NCBI GenBank assembly: GCA_951406725.2
Contig: OX597815.1
Location: 36,146,001-36,210,000 of the forward strand
DNA length: 64,000 bases
Source of the DNA: Octopus vulgaris
Taxonomy: Eukaryota
Direction: 5' to 3'
Position numbers and translations under genes: made by a program. Below the pieces are notes generated by a model. That model saw only the letters and a program-made list of their open reading frames with translations, ran no database searches and had not been told where the DNA came from. This document shows positions 26,797 to 39,125 of the stretch, piece after piece. Positions within the stretch are counted from its first letter, which is position 1, and each line of letters begins with the position of its first letter.

Positions 26797-28037
26797 TATA
26801 AAAATAGGATCACATGCGGTCGTATCGTGTATGAGACACGGTCGCACGTGGTCATATTCTTAATGAAATATTACAGACCATATAATACATACAGTGGCAA
26901 TAGAACACAAGTGGAATGACAACAAGATTTCTTTTTGAGATATATACGTTATTTATTTTACATATTTTACAATCATGTTGGTTGGAAGTTTGTAAGTGTT
27001 AGCATGTTTTTGTGTCTGTATGTTCGGGAGGCATAAAAGGTACTGACCAGAGAAATAACAATGGAATTTGGTTCACAGTTCATGTTGTTGGTATCAGCCT
27101 AGCAACAGGTAGTAGCAGATGGCTTAAGGTAGTTCTTAGAAGAACTAGAACTCAAGACAGATAATTGATTTACCGTTTATGAGGTACACAGAGTGTAAGA
27201 GTTCCATATCAAGATGTTGCGTCTTGTAGTTAACATTAATTGAATCACTTGTTGTGTTTTATCTTTCTCTTGATATGAATATACTTCCAGATATATTAAC
27301 TGTAGCCATTTTTCCCGTGGTGATATTTTCACCTAACCGCTATAGTTGAATCTGTAGTTGTCTTGTGTACGAATTAAACTTTAGTAGATAGAGACGATGT
27401 TTGGCGATGAGTTGTGTCTGTCGCTTGGTTTTTGCTGCGTCTTCATTATATATTCTGCTTGGTTATTTTTCTCTAGTTATAGATATCCTGTAACCGTTCT
27501 TTTCGTGGTGATATTTTCACACTAACAGTATGAGAGGTATCTGTAACATCTTGTATTAATGGTGGTCGCCTGCCTTTCGAACTGGAACATGGTTGAGTAT
27601 GCTCTGTGTGTTCAGAGGTTAGCCCTGAGAAGGACTGTAACCTAAGACGAACTCTGTGGTCAGAGGTTAGTCCTGAGAAGGACTAGAACCAAAGACAAAC
27701 TCTGTGGTCAGAGGTTCACCCTGAGAAGGACTTGAACCAAAGATGGATATTTGTCTGAGAACACTTCTTTATATAAGGTTTATGTGGCTCAAAACGAACT
27801 TCAGAAATGGAAAGCTGTGATTGGCTGCTTGGAACAAATGACACGAAAATAAGCGGAGGCAAATCGTGTCACGTGACAACCAGCGGTGCGAACGTAGTAG
27901 AGACCATGTGTCAGCCAATCGGATTAGTGTTTGCAACAATGTTAAACTAGCCGAAGATGTTTGTAATCTCGAACGAGATTATTCTTAATACTCTTCTCAA
28001 ACCGTGAAGATAGCAATGAGGGAACGATATTGCTACA
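26797..28037 (-). mobile_element. Solo LTR (about 1.24 kb, Gypsy-like)
   Basis: 4-bp TSD CTAC (26793-96, 28038-41). The minus strand starts TGTAGCAATA; the other end TATAAAAATA is an imperfect inverted terminus. CCAAT boxes, GTCACGTGAC, TATATAAA near 27770 and AATAAA near 26952 are in promoter-to-polyA order on the minus strand. Confidence 0.7.
27602..27743. repeat. 3 x ~48-bp tandem repeat inside the LTR
   Basis: CTCTGTGGTCAGAGGTTAG.CCTGAGAAGGACT.GAACCAAAGA units. Confidence 0.85.
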
Positions 28038-28602
28038 CTACTAAGACAGACATAATTTTCCTTTTTGGAAGTGATTTACTGTTTAACACACACATTCATG
28101 TACACTTATATATGCGTGTATGTATCTGTGTGTATGTCATCATCATCATCGTTTAGCGTCTGCTTTCCATGCTGGCATGGGTTGGACGGTTCAACTGGGG
28201 TCTGGGAAGCCAGAAGGCTGCACCAGGCCCAGTCTGATCTGGCAATGTTTCTATGGCTGGATGCCCTTCCTAACGCCAACCACCCCATGAGTGTAGTGGG
28301 TGCTTTTTACGTGCCACCGATAAATATATATATGAAATAATATATACACAATATAAAGCCAAAAAAAGAAAAATTCATTTGTCACTAATTGTGACTGACA
28401 GTGCAGGGTAGCACCTACATTGATAGAAATAAGAGCTTTTAGCCCTTATAGCTACAGAGAGCACATATTTATGCACTGACAGGGAAGATAACCATCCCAC
28501 AGTGAGCAAGATTACCATACTACTCTTCTTGCTTCATATGAAAGCTCCTCAGTGGTGACCACTCCGTTGCTGGATTGTTTAGCTAAATCCCAACTGTCAG
28601 TA

Positions 28603-29203
28603 CAACAATCCCTCTTCTATCGCAGGTGTTACATTCCAAAACCTCCCGCAATAGGTGAAAATCCACAAAGTAGAAATAGTACTGTATATCTTTTTTTTTA
28701 TATTCTTATAATTTGTATATATTTATCTTTATATATAAAAGTCAAGTTGTGTGTCTGTCTCCTACGATTTAGATTCCTAACTACTCCCACATTTTGCGGT
28801 GCAGTTTAACCAAAACCAGGTATCTTATAGTCGTGATTCATATCAAGCCCTTCTGGGTATTAGCGTGCGTCTACGATGAGTCTACGATTTAAAAAAAAAA
28901 TTACCATCATTTTTTTCCATTTTAATGCATTTTTTCGCTATTATATAAGGGAAGTAACTCTAAAAATGTCTACGATGAGTCAACGATTTAAAAAAAAATT
29001 TACCATAATTTTTTTTCCATTTTTAATGCATTTTTTTGCTATTTTTTGGCTATAACTCTCTAAAAGTGCTTATATAGTTATTTCCCTTACAAACCTGAGC
29101 AACGCTGGGCGATACTGCTAGTTTTATTATAAATGCAAAACAACACCATGGAGGAATCAACATAAGCTTAAATAATAAACCGCAATTTGGCGAGGGATTA
29201 CTG
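28603..29203. mobile_element. Tigger/pogo-like MITE hosting the Helitron
   Basis: TA|CAACAATCCCTC ... GAGGGATTACTG|TA imperfect TIRs. Confidence 0.55.
28726..29121 (+). mobile_element. Non-autonomous Helitron (same family, internal duplication)
   Basis: TC...CTAG ends; GTCTACGATGAGTC block present twice. Confidence 0.85.
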
Positions 29204-29366
29204 TATATAGTATTTACCATATGAATCAGTGGCTGATTCAGCAAAATGGTTTTGTGAAAATTATCGTCAGTCATAATTAATGACAATTGAAGTTTTCCTT
29301 TTTGGTTTTATATTGCTTAAAGCTACCTTTGTTATTTTTGATGATTGATAATGTTTATTTTATATA

Positions 29367-30311
29367 CAAGTGGGTAACCAAAAGAAACAGGAATTTTGCA
29401 ATATTATTTTATTCACTTAGTTTTACATGTTTACACTTTTATTGCTGTCAAAGTATTCTCCATTTGAAGCAATGCATTGGTTCAGATGCATTTTCTACTA
29501 TTTGAAACAGTACTGGAACTCTTGAAAAGTGACGCCTTTTAACGTCTCTATCATTTTTTCTTCACCTCTTCCACATCTTCAAATTCCGTAGCCCCAGCTT
29601 TTGTCACCAGTGACGACCTTTCAAAAAAGAACCAGATCAACTTCCAAGTTTTCCTTCAGTTCATGACATGCATTCAATTGTGACTGCTTTTGATCTTTGA
29701 GCAAGTGAGGCACAAATTTTGTTGCAACACTTTTCATTCGCAATCCCTTACTCAAAATTCGTTGGCAGAAGCTCCAGGACACACTAATCATATCAACAAG
29801 TTTGTCAATTTTTGATGATGGTCCTTCAAGATCAGTTCATGAATTTCTATGGTTTCATTTGTTGGAAGGTCGACAGCCACCTCGAATGAGGTTGATCATC
29901 AAGCAACAAATGACCATTCCTAAAGCGTGGAAATCACTCATAAACTTGTTTTGTTCATGACAGCATCCTTGTGGTGCACCGGAGCACTGTATACAATAAT
30001 TTCATTATTATTATTTTTTTATAAGCTGTTTGAAGCATGACAACAGTTTCAGCCACCGTTTTCCTCAGCAGAAAACAGAATTTCATGGAAACACACTGTT
30101 TCTTCATTTCAACCGTCACAAAAATCAACGAACAGGGGAGAAGCACTGCAAAACAAAGACGAATCACGTAGCAGTATGACTTCATCCAATGATGCCAGTC
30201 AATAGACTGATGCCTGAGAGTCACATCAAGTGACTTCTTGCAGCAGAAGCCCGAACTACAATGCATTTGTCCCACAGAGAAAGTTTTTGGTTACTTTTGG
30301 GTACCCTCTCT
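29367..30311 (-). mobile_element. Internally deleted mariner element
   Basis: Imperfect TIRs (GGGTAACCAAAAG / CTTTTGGGTACCC) with TA flanks; N-terminal transposase MKFCFLLRKTVAETVVMLQTAY; a CR1-type tail is inserted at about 29968-30014. Confidence 0.8.
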
Positions 30312-31854
30312 TATGATGTGTTTGATATGTATACTATATGTATTATAAAGTGATCTCAATATTAGTCATAAAGCTAGGTGTGTAACACTTTTTTCCATTA
30401 TTTATGTGGATGTTATAATACAATGTTATATTGTTATTTTTGGTATTTGATGGGAAGAAACTAGCAACTTAGAAAAAATGTTTTGTATGGTACAAAACCA
30501 TGCTTATTCTTCTTGCAATGGATAATGCAATATTATTTTTTGTTTGTGATTGAGGTCATGAAACAGGAACAATACGAATGTTAAGAATTAGTAAATATGA
30601 AGTTGACTTGGCTGTTTTTTTTGATGACTCATTCTAAAAATCCATAATAAAAGTTCTTAGGCATGTGTTTGCAGCAGGTGGTCATTGAAGAAAACTATTG
30701 ATTTGAATCTATCTACAAGTGTACAACTGTTGAATTAGGTAAACTCTCACTTTGCTACATAGATAAAATATCTATTCAGTCATACAACAGATATTATAAT
30801 CATATGGTCCATGGGTGAAGTAATTAAGCATTCTCATTATAAACCCTTTGATTTTTAAGTTGTATAGTTTAAAACATTTGTGGATAATCTGTAATACTTT
30901 GGTTGCATGTGGACCTTTGTCTTTTTATGTAACTCACGTTATGTCACAATAATATATAAGCACAATGCCTTTATTGAAATCTCTAACATAATTTTTAGGT
31001 TTGATTTCATTTATTTGAAAAAAATTTGTTTCTTTCTTTGACTCACTGACAATTGGTCAATATTTTTACAATTTTCTTCATGTAATATTTTCTGTATACT
31101 CTACCATATACTGTTTTTTTAAATTATGTTTTAAATGGTGCTGTGATTCTGTTTTTTATTAATTGATGTCAAATGATAGGTGAATGCTCTCCCTTACTTA
31201 ACCCTTTAACTGCAAAGCTAAATTTCATAATTATTCTAGTAATCATGATAAATATCTAACCCTCACTCAATATGTATGTTTGAACATTTTCTTGACAGTA
31301 TTCTTGACTTTGATAGATTGCACACCCTTGTAAATTTTGTATCCAATAAAGCACTCAAATTCATTGCAGATTGTGTCAGTTATGAGGATGTGATAAATTC
31401 TCTAAAAGGTGGCTGTGTGGTTATGGAGCTTGCTTCCCAACTATGTGGTCTCAGGTTCAGTTCCACTGCGTAGCACCTTAGGCAAGTGTCTTCTACTATA
31501 GCCTTGGGCCAACCAAAGCTTTGTGAGTGGATTTGGTAGATGGAAACTGAAAAGAAAGATGTCTATTGTGTACATATGTACACACACACACACACACAAA
31601 TATATACACACTCTTTACCCTGTGAACCTAGTCCTCAAACATTTTGGAGTTTAAGTTGAAATCATTCAAGCACTACTATGTGTTTCCTTGAGCATTTCCA
31701 GATCTCACCTTTTAACTGCACATGTGCATGTATGTGTGTGTTTGCACACACACACACACATTCTTTTGAATCTGATGATTCAGTTTAGTGCTACTCATTA
31801 TGTGCAATCCTTCAGGTAACAAACAAATGGATGGAGAATTAGTTGGGGCTTCAG

Positions 31855-31904
31855 GAAATAATGGCACACAGCAGTGAGCTGTGTGCCATTATTTCAGTGA
31901 GCTG
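31855..31904. repeat. Perfect 18-bp hairpin with flanking 10-bp direct repeat
   Basis: GAAATAATGGCACACAGC-agtga-GCTGTGTGCCATTATTTC; CAGTGAGCTG at 31872 and 31895. Confidence 0.85.
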
Positions 31905-32471
31905 ATGGGGTTTCTGGCAACATAGAACTAGTGAGCTGGTGAGGGGTAGTCCACAGAAATTGTCAGCTTGTCAGTTTCACAGAAGGAGAAGATACTGTTA
32001 TGAGGGAGGTAATAAGTCATGAGATCATTGGGTATTTGAAATGCAACATTATTGAAGCAGCTGTAGATGACCTTTACTGTATTGTTGTTGAAGAGCTTGT
32101 GATATTTATATGTTAAGGAAAATTGATTATTTATTAGGGATAGGAAATTGTGAACTATATTGGATTCTATGCTCTTTCTTGGAAGAATTAAACCAGATGT
32201 TTCATTTCCTATTTATAGAATATTCCAGTCATCAACATTCATGTAGAAATAAGTCCACATGTTACACACTGCATGTCAACATGACCGCTCCCAAATTTTT
32301 GGTTGATTACCTCCATGTTCTAGTTGAATAGTGGTAACACAATTACAGCTTCTTTGAGAACAAAGTTTTTGTATTTAAGGGAGAGGAGAAATTGAAAATG
32401 CATGAAATAAAAAAAAAACATGAGTGAAATTAATTAGTTTATACAGCAGACACAATACCACAGATTGTCAA

Positions 32472-32689
32472 GGCAGTTATGGAATTGCTGTCCTTTTCCG
32501 TGTTGTTGCAGGAATTTGCTTAGTATGGTGCATAGTGTTCTTCTTTATTGAAAAGTACATGCCACGTGAAAAGTCAGTTCGTTACCAACGTTTACTGCAG
32601 ATGGATGAAGGAAATAACAGCGATGATTCATCTGCTGTGGAAGCTGATTGGTTAGAACAAGCATTGAAGAGTAACTGAAACCATCCAAT
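32472..32689 (+). pseudogene. 218-bp duplicate of the MFSD6L 3' end (copy of 35303-35520)
   Basis: Direct comparison shows identity except 32519 C/35350 T and 32642 A/35473 G. Includes the stop codon and 11 nt of 3' UTR. Confidence 0.9.
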
Positions 32690-33604
32690 GATATTATTTG
32701 ATAGTCATGGCTTTTTCAAAAACCTAAGTAATATAAGTTTAAAATGTTAACTCAAAATCAAGCAGACCATTGATCTAAATTAACAAACTATTTCTTATGC
32801 TGATATGAATTCTGAAACACTCAAAGGAAGGAACTATAATTTGTGATGTTCTGGTTTTTCAAAAGTGAAATGGAATTGCTTCAAAAGAGATTCAAAACTG
32901 ATTCCTATTTCATATAATGAATAATAACATTTGAGCTACAGAGGGAGTTTCTGTCCGTAATTTACTCAGAACAGCAATTGGAACCTCATGTTTTAAGAAT
33001 GTTTATATTCTACAAATCTGATAGGATAGCTACTAGAAAACTGATAATCTACAGAAGTTCAGTACAAAGTAATATATCAAATATGATTTACATCATTGTA
33101 TCAGCTTAGGCAAAGCAGACCAGTAAGATATATAACAACTACAAAAAACATAATGATACATCTAACCTTGTTTATCACAAATCCAGGTAATATGGTACAC
33201 TCATTTGTGACCAGTGTTATCTGTGATAACACGTGACAGCGATCAGTCAAAGATTCTGCTTGGACTGAAAAAGTGTGCTCCAGTGACCATCCACAATAAT
33301 CAGGACAACTTGGTTGTCTTGGAACAAATCCTGTTTTTTCCATTTGTTCTATTATTCATAACACTTTTTTTTTTGTTTTTTTTTTCAATTTTTTTTTACC
33401 TTAACCAAACGCCTGTGATAAAATTGAAGATAGACATACTTCCATTCAGTTTCTTTTTTGAATTCAATTGTATTCATTTCACTAATTTTTTTTTCTTTTG
33501 TTTCTTTTTTTCATATCCAAATTGATGATGGTTCCAGTTGACCTTCAGTGCCATGATTTCCTGATCATCCCAATGAATCTTGAGCTTCATTAGCTCCACC
33601 AACC

Positions 33605-35509
33605 ATGAATAATCCAAACACTATCAACCTCCCTCGGGCTATATTTATTTTCAATGTTTTCCATTTATTTTTTGCAGCGGCCAAGGCATCACTATTTCCT
33701 TTTCTTACTCTGTTTTACAGACATCTTGGCCTCAGTGCCACTCAAACAGGTTACCTTATGGCTGCAAAAATGCTTTCAACATTTATTTGGGTTCCTGTAT
33801 GGACAAAATACTCCATAAAATTAAAAAAAAGACGCCTCTTCTTAATTTTCTCAATAATAATGATGTTAGCTACAAACCTTTCTATCTGGCTAGTATCTGG
33901 TTCTATAGACACATTTTTAAAAGATAATTGTCTTTTACTAGAGGCTAAACAGCATATGCTGGCTTCTAATGCAACACTATCAGCTTCAAAATCTCATCAA
34001 AATGTAACTCAAATCTTTTCATCAACTACTGAATTTCCAAACATTTATATGAATAACAATGAGACACAAGAACCTGATCTTAATATAACAGACTATTTCT
34101 CAACATTGGTAACAAATCCTCTTTATTCTAAGACTTCAAGTGGAAATGTTTCAGAAACAACTAATGCAACAGACTCTGATATCTTAAGAGATAAGTATTT
34201 TCTGTCGACTGAGACCCTGTCTGAAAGTGAAAAATTAAATAAATATTGGAGCACAAGTACAGAATTACCTGCTGTATTAAATGGAAGTCTACAAAATTAT
34301 GATACACACCTGAAAGCAAGCAAGGCCCCACAGGAGTGGGTAAAGCGGAATGTTCAGCCACAATCTGCAACCACTCCTCTTGAAACATCAACAACAATGG
34401 ATTCTACAAATGGATCTTGGAATATGCAGTTTGTGTGGCAAAGCATCAAGGCTTGGATTCAGAATGTAAAGGGAGATGAACAGACTCAAGTCTTTTTTAT
34501 ATTATTAACAATAATATTAATTGGAGAGATCTTTGGTTCCGCTGCAGAAAAAATTTCTGATGACTGTTGGTATGATCTTCTTGATTCTTTAGATATACTT
34601 GAAAAATATGGCTCACACCGTATTTGGAGTTCTTTAGCTTTCCTCTTGGTGCCTACTGGAGTTGCGATGCTAGTTGACCATACTCAGTGCCAACTACCTG
34701 TACATATGAACCACATTCTTATACACTGCTTTGCATTTGCTGCTTTTCTCACTATTTCATTGTTTTTCTCTTTTGTGTTTCCTTCACCAACATTTGAAAA
34801 GTGCGTTCCTGCAATACGCCACAGGAAAGGAATTGAAGTAACATGTTTTGGCTGTCATGGTTTTGTGTATATGATGACAGTTTTTGTAATGGGTGCTGTT
34901 TATTCAACTATAAGCAATTTCTTATTTTGGTACCTTGAAGACATTGGAAGCAATGAAACCATTATGGGTTTATGCATACTTGTGAATACTTTCTCAGAAA
35001 TACCAGTGTTACTCTATGGAGATTACCTGGTACGATACTTGGGTCCAGCAGGAACAACATGTTTTTCAATGGTTTTCTGCAGTATAAGAGTTTTTGTTTA
35101 CAGCTTTGTCTATTCTCCTTGGTACTTCCTTCCTCTCGAAGTGTTTCATGCTTTAACACACACCACTCTGTGGTATGCTGTGTTCAGCAACCCTATCTTT
35201 AATATCAGCCCTGATGTTGATCGCACTATTCGTAATATTTTGTCTTCTGTTTATTTTGGAATTGGGTTCTCTGCTGGAAGTATTGCATCTGGTTATGTTG
35301 TGGGCAGTTATGGAATTGCTGTCCTTTTCCGTGTTGTTGCAGGAATTTGTTTAGTATGGTGCATAGTGTTCTTCTTTATTGAAAAGTACATGCCACGTGA
35401 AAAGTCAGTTCGTTACCAACGTTTACTGCAGATGGATGAAGGAAATAACAGCGATGATTCATCTGCTGTGGAGGCTGATTGGTTAGAACAAGCATTGAAG
35501 AGTAACTGA
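33605..35509 (+). CDS. MFSD6L: Major facilitator superfamily domain-containing protein 6-like, single coding exon, 634 aa
   Basis: Long intact ORF with many hydrophobic TM segments. N-terminal PFLTLFYRHLGLS..TGYLM..K...WVP and C-terminal RYQRLL..D..DD...DWLEQAL match the MFSD6L pattern. A large Ser/Thr/N-x-S/T-rich loop follows the first TM segments. Good ATG context (ACCATGA). Confidence 0.9.
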   Translation: MNNPNTINLPRAIFIFNVFHLFFAAAKASLFPFLTLFYRHLGLSATQTGYLMAAKMLSTFIWVPVWTKYSIKLKKRRLFLIFSIIMMLATNLSIWLVSGSIDTFLKDNCLLLEAKQHMLASNATLSASKSHQNVTQIFSSTTEFPNIYMNNNETQEPDLNITDYFSTLVTNPLYSKTSSGNVSETTNATDSDILRDKYFLSTETLSESEKLNKYWSTSTELPAVLNGSLQNYDTHLKASKAPQEWVKRNVQPQSATTPLETSTTMDSTNGSWNMQFVWQSIKAWIQNVKGDEQTQVFFILLTIILIGEIFGSAAEKISDDCWYDLLDSLDILEKYGSHRIWSSLAFLLVPTGVAMLVDHTQCQLPVHMNHILIHCFAFAAFLTISLFFSFVFPSPTFEKCVPAIRHRKGIEVTCFGCHGFVYMMTVFVMGAVYSTISNFLFWYLEDIGSNETIMGLCILVNTFSEIPVLLYGDYLVRYLGPAGTTCFSMVFCSIRVFVYSFVYSPWYFLPLEVFHALTHTTLWYAVFSNPIFNISPDVDRTIRNILSSVYFGIGFSAGSIASGYVVGSYGIAVLFRVVAGICLVWCIVFFFIEKYMPREKSVRYQRLLQMDEGNNSDDSSAVEADWLEQALKSN

Positions 35510-37737
35510 AACCATCCAATATTGAAGATGTGAATCAGAAACTTTCAGACATTATAATTACATTTATTTTATGTATTATTTATTTTACATGAATGTATGT
35601 ATTTATCTGATATGCAAGTATGTATATAATCACACATGAGAATATTTTTATGAATATAAACATTCATTCACTCATATATACAGTGGGAGGTTGATAAACC
35701 ATTTTCAGTATTTGATATATATTTGTATAAAAATGTATAGAGGTTGTGTGTAACAAGTTGACATTTAGATTTTGTTGTGTTTCTTTTGTATGTTTACTTT
35801 TTATTGTTTTATACTCATCCATAAGACATGCAACAAAACCTCAGGTATAACTTACTGCTCAAAATCTTATATATGGATATATCCATATATTCCCTTGCAA
35901 TTTCACTTGATTTATTTCATGATGAGGTAAAATCTTTAAAAAAAACGAAGTAATAACTTCATTCATAATGTTAATAAAATCTTTTCTGTCATATCAAATG
36001 TTAAAACCATAAAGTTTTGATGGTAAACTTGAATAAAAGTCATTGGTTCTGGTGAACATCTGAAGGTCAGTTCCAGTATAAAAACTACAAAAACTAACTT
36101 GATCATTTGAATTTGATAGGTTGTACATTGAGGGTTCATAACAGAACTGGAGAGCAAGTCAGATTAGATGTAATAGAAGAGCCGAATTCTTGTTAAATTT
36201 TATCAGATATTATAAATATCAAGAACAACCAAATTCTTTCAAATTTTTTTCTTCTCCAATATATAACACATTGGAGATCATTAATTCACATAAAATGCAT
36301 TTTGATTTACTACAAAATCTCTAAAATATCAGCAGAGAAAAAAAAAAAACTCCCGTAAAAACATTAATTTCAGTAATAGTTGAATGACAGTGAGTTAGAA
36401 GAAACTAATTATTAATGTATGGATATCAATATTAGTTGCATTATATAGTATAACAGAATGTGGTGGATTGGCAAAATCATTTGTATATTGGATAAAATCC
36501 CTCGTATTTCTTTCAGCTCTTTATGTTCTGAGTTCAAATCCTACCAAGTTCACCTTTGCCTTTCATTCCTCTGGGGTCAATATAATTGTCTAACCCTACT
36601 CCTCTCGAAGTTGCTGGCCTTGTACTAACTTAGAAACATATCATATTGCAATAACATATTCTAAAACCCTATAATGTATTCATTTCTAATTTCAAGCAAA
36701 ATCACAAAAGAAAGAAAAAACCCCGTAAAATATTCTGTTACCTGGCACAAAGCCATCTCCTTCAACACCACTCCCCCTCTCAGTTGAAGGATCTTTGTCT
36801 TGCAAGTTATGTAGTAACCTTGCCAGTGCTGGTGCCACTTAAAAAGCAGCCAGTTCACTCTGTTGGCATTAGGAAGGGCATCCAGCCACAAAACCATGCT
36901 GAAGCAGACCTCATTGGTGTTGGTACCACATAAAAAGCAGCCAGTTCACTCCGGCACCCAGCTGTAAAAACCATGCCAAAGTAGACAGTGGATCTTGGTG
37001 TTCAACCCATGCTAGAATGGAAGACAGACAAATGATGACAGGGCCAGCTATTTTTACATGAAAAAGTGATGAATCACGTAGGTGCACCTTTATTGACATG
37101 TAATTTGATGATTTTAGTAGGAACAGAGCTATGTATTAAAATTGTCTGCTAAGTCAGAAACTGAACTAGAACCAAAGAATTAGCTGCCAGTTTGAATTTG
37201 GAGGTAGTTGAAAATGCAAATATAAGGAAAGCTAAATGTTATTTAGGAAATTATAAGAATATACTCTTTCTATGTCTTTGTTTTGATACAGAAATTGCCA
37301 GAGTAGTGGTAAGTACAAGTTTTTCAAAGATAGCAAAACAACTGAAGAAATATTTGTATTTTTAATTGGTAGAATGATTCTGCAACTTTCAAGGCAGAAC
37401 AACAGATGGTCCAATTTGGAGTTGAAGTATACACAATATGAAAGATGAGTCAAATGTGAGGATTTAAGGAAAATTATGAGAATTTTTGCTGCTAAACAAG
37501 AGATTATTCTGACAATGTAACATGCTAGAAGTTACAATTTTTTTTTTATCACATTTTTCTAAAATATACTTCAATAAACTACAAACAGATCACTCCTTTT
37601 TAAAGCTTGATTGTAATTGTAATTGTAAGAAGACATATGCACAGAGTATTATAGAAACTTAATTTTACATGCATGTTAAATGATAATATGCATAAATAAG
37701 CACTTTTGAACAGATCTAATAAAATATGTTTTTGCTG

Positions 37738-38891
37738 GGTAACCTTGATAAGCTATGATTGCACAAACATAACACAGCAGTAGAAAGTTGAATGTTTTAA
37801 GTTATGTCATTTTCTACTGCAGTGTAGTTGATACCTATAGTGTATACTCTATCATTCTGCATTTGGTTGTGTGCATGCTGTACAGTATGAGGGGCATGAT
37901 AATTTCTCCTTTGCTGTTCATGTAAGATCAAATGTTCTGGTATTGGCTACAGTGGAAACAAACAAGCTGAATATGGTGTACTTATATTTTTCTATTCTAT
38001 ATCCACTTTCCATACTTGCATGGACTGAATGATTCAATAGGTTGGAGGACCATATCTTATTCAGATGTCCGTTTTGGTATGGTTTCTAAGGCTGAATTTT
38101 CATTCTATCACCAACCACTTTATGGAGAATACTGGGTGCCTTTTATTGTAATACCAGTAGTAGTGTATCTGCAAGGGCACAAAACAAAACTCATTACCCT
38201 GCGTACATAAGCAAAAGCAGGGTATTGTAATCACTCGTCTTTGTGTGTCTGAAAAATTACTGAACAGATTTTCACCACATTTGGCAGAAAAACTCATTGG
38301 GTGAGTGGCTCGAAATGATGAACATTTGGTTTGATTATCTTTAAAAAAAAATTTTTTTTAATCAAATTTACAAATTTCCCAAAACACATGTGGTCATATT
38401 ATTTTGTTCACTTTCTTTTTAATATGAATCGACCCTCATCTGTGTGTGTGAATAGATCATGATGGTGTAGATGTGCGTAGAGACGTATGTACATACATAC
38501 ATAGATATGCGACTGTGTGTACAGTGATGGATTCAAGGGCTTGATTTCTTAATTTCACCAGAGCATAAATAAGATATGGTCCTCCAACCTGTTGAATCAT
38601 TCAGTCCATGCAAGTATGGAAAGTGGATATAGAATAGAAAAATATAAGTACACCATATTCAGCTTGTTTGTTTCCACTGTAGCCAATACCAGAACATTTG
38701 ATCTTACATGAACAGCAAAGGAGAAATTATCATGCCCCTCATACTGTACAGCATGCACACAACCAAATGCAGAATGATAGAGTATACACTATAGGTATCA
38801 ACTACACTGCAGTAGAAAATGACATAACTTAAAACATTCAACTTTCTACTGCTGTGTTATGTTTGTGCAATCATAGCTTATCAAGGTTACC
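37738..38891. repeat. 324-bp near-perfect inverted repeat (37738-38061 / 38568-38891)
   Basis: The right arm is the reverse complement of the left; one mismatch seen (TCAATAGG vs TCAACAGG); 506-bp spacer. Confidence 0.92.
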
Positions 38892-39125
38892 TATAATGGT
38901 AATACTTAAACAAAAAATTGAACTGACAAATTTCTTGATAAGCAAGTGGTCATATTATTTTGTTCACTTTCTTTTTCATATGAATTAACCTTTGTCTGCA
39001 TGTGTACTTACATACATAGATATATGACTGTGTGTATACTGATGGATATGAGGGTTTCATTTAGTTGGTTTCTTAATTTCACCAGGGTATAAATACCTAT
39101 AATGGTGATACTTAAAAAAAAATTA
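38390..39125 (+). repeat. Older diverged tandem duplication (units start about 38390 and 38946); first unit interrupted by the inverted insertion
   Basis: Both units begin GTGGTCATATTATTTTGTTCACTTTCTTTTT and end TTAATTTCACCAG..ATAAATA/CCTATAATGGT.ATACTTAAA. Confidence 0.8.

Noticed and set aside
27602-27743. CRISPR-like array
   Set aside because: Contiguous tandem units without unique spacers, inside a eukaryotic LTR; no cas genes.
32424-32678. 84-aa ORF as an independent gene or upstream MFSD6L exon
   Set aside because: GTG start, and it is simply the duplicated 3' end of MFSD6L placed before the real start; kept only as a duplication finding.
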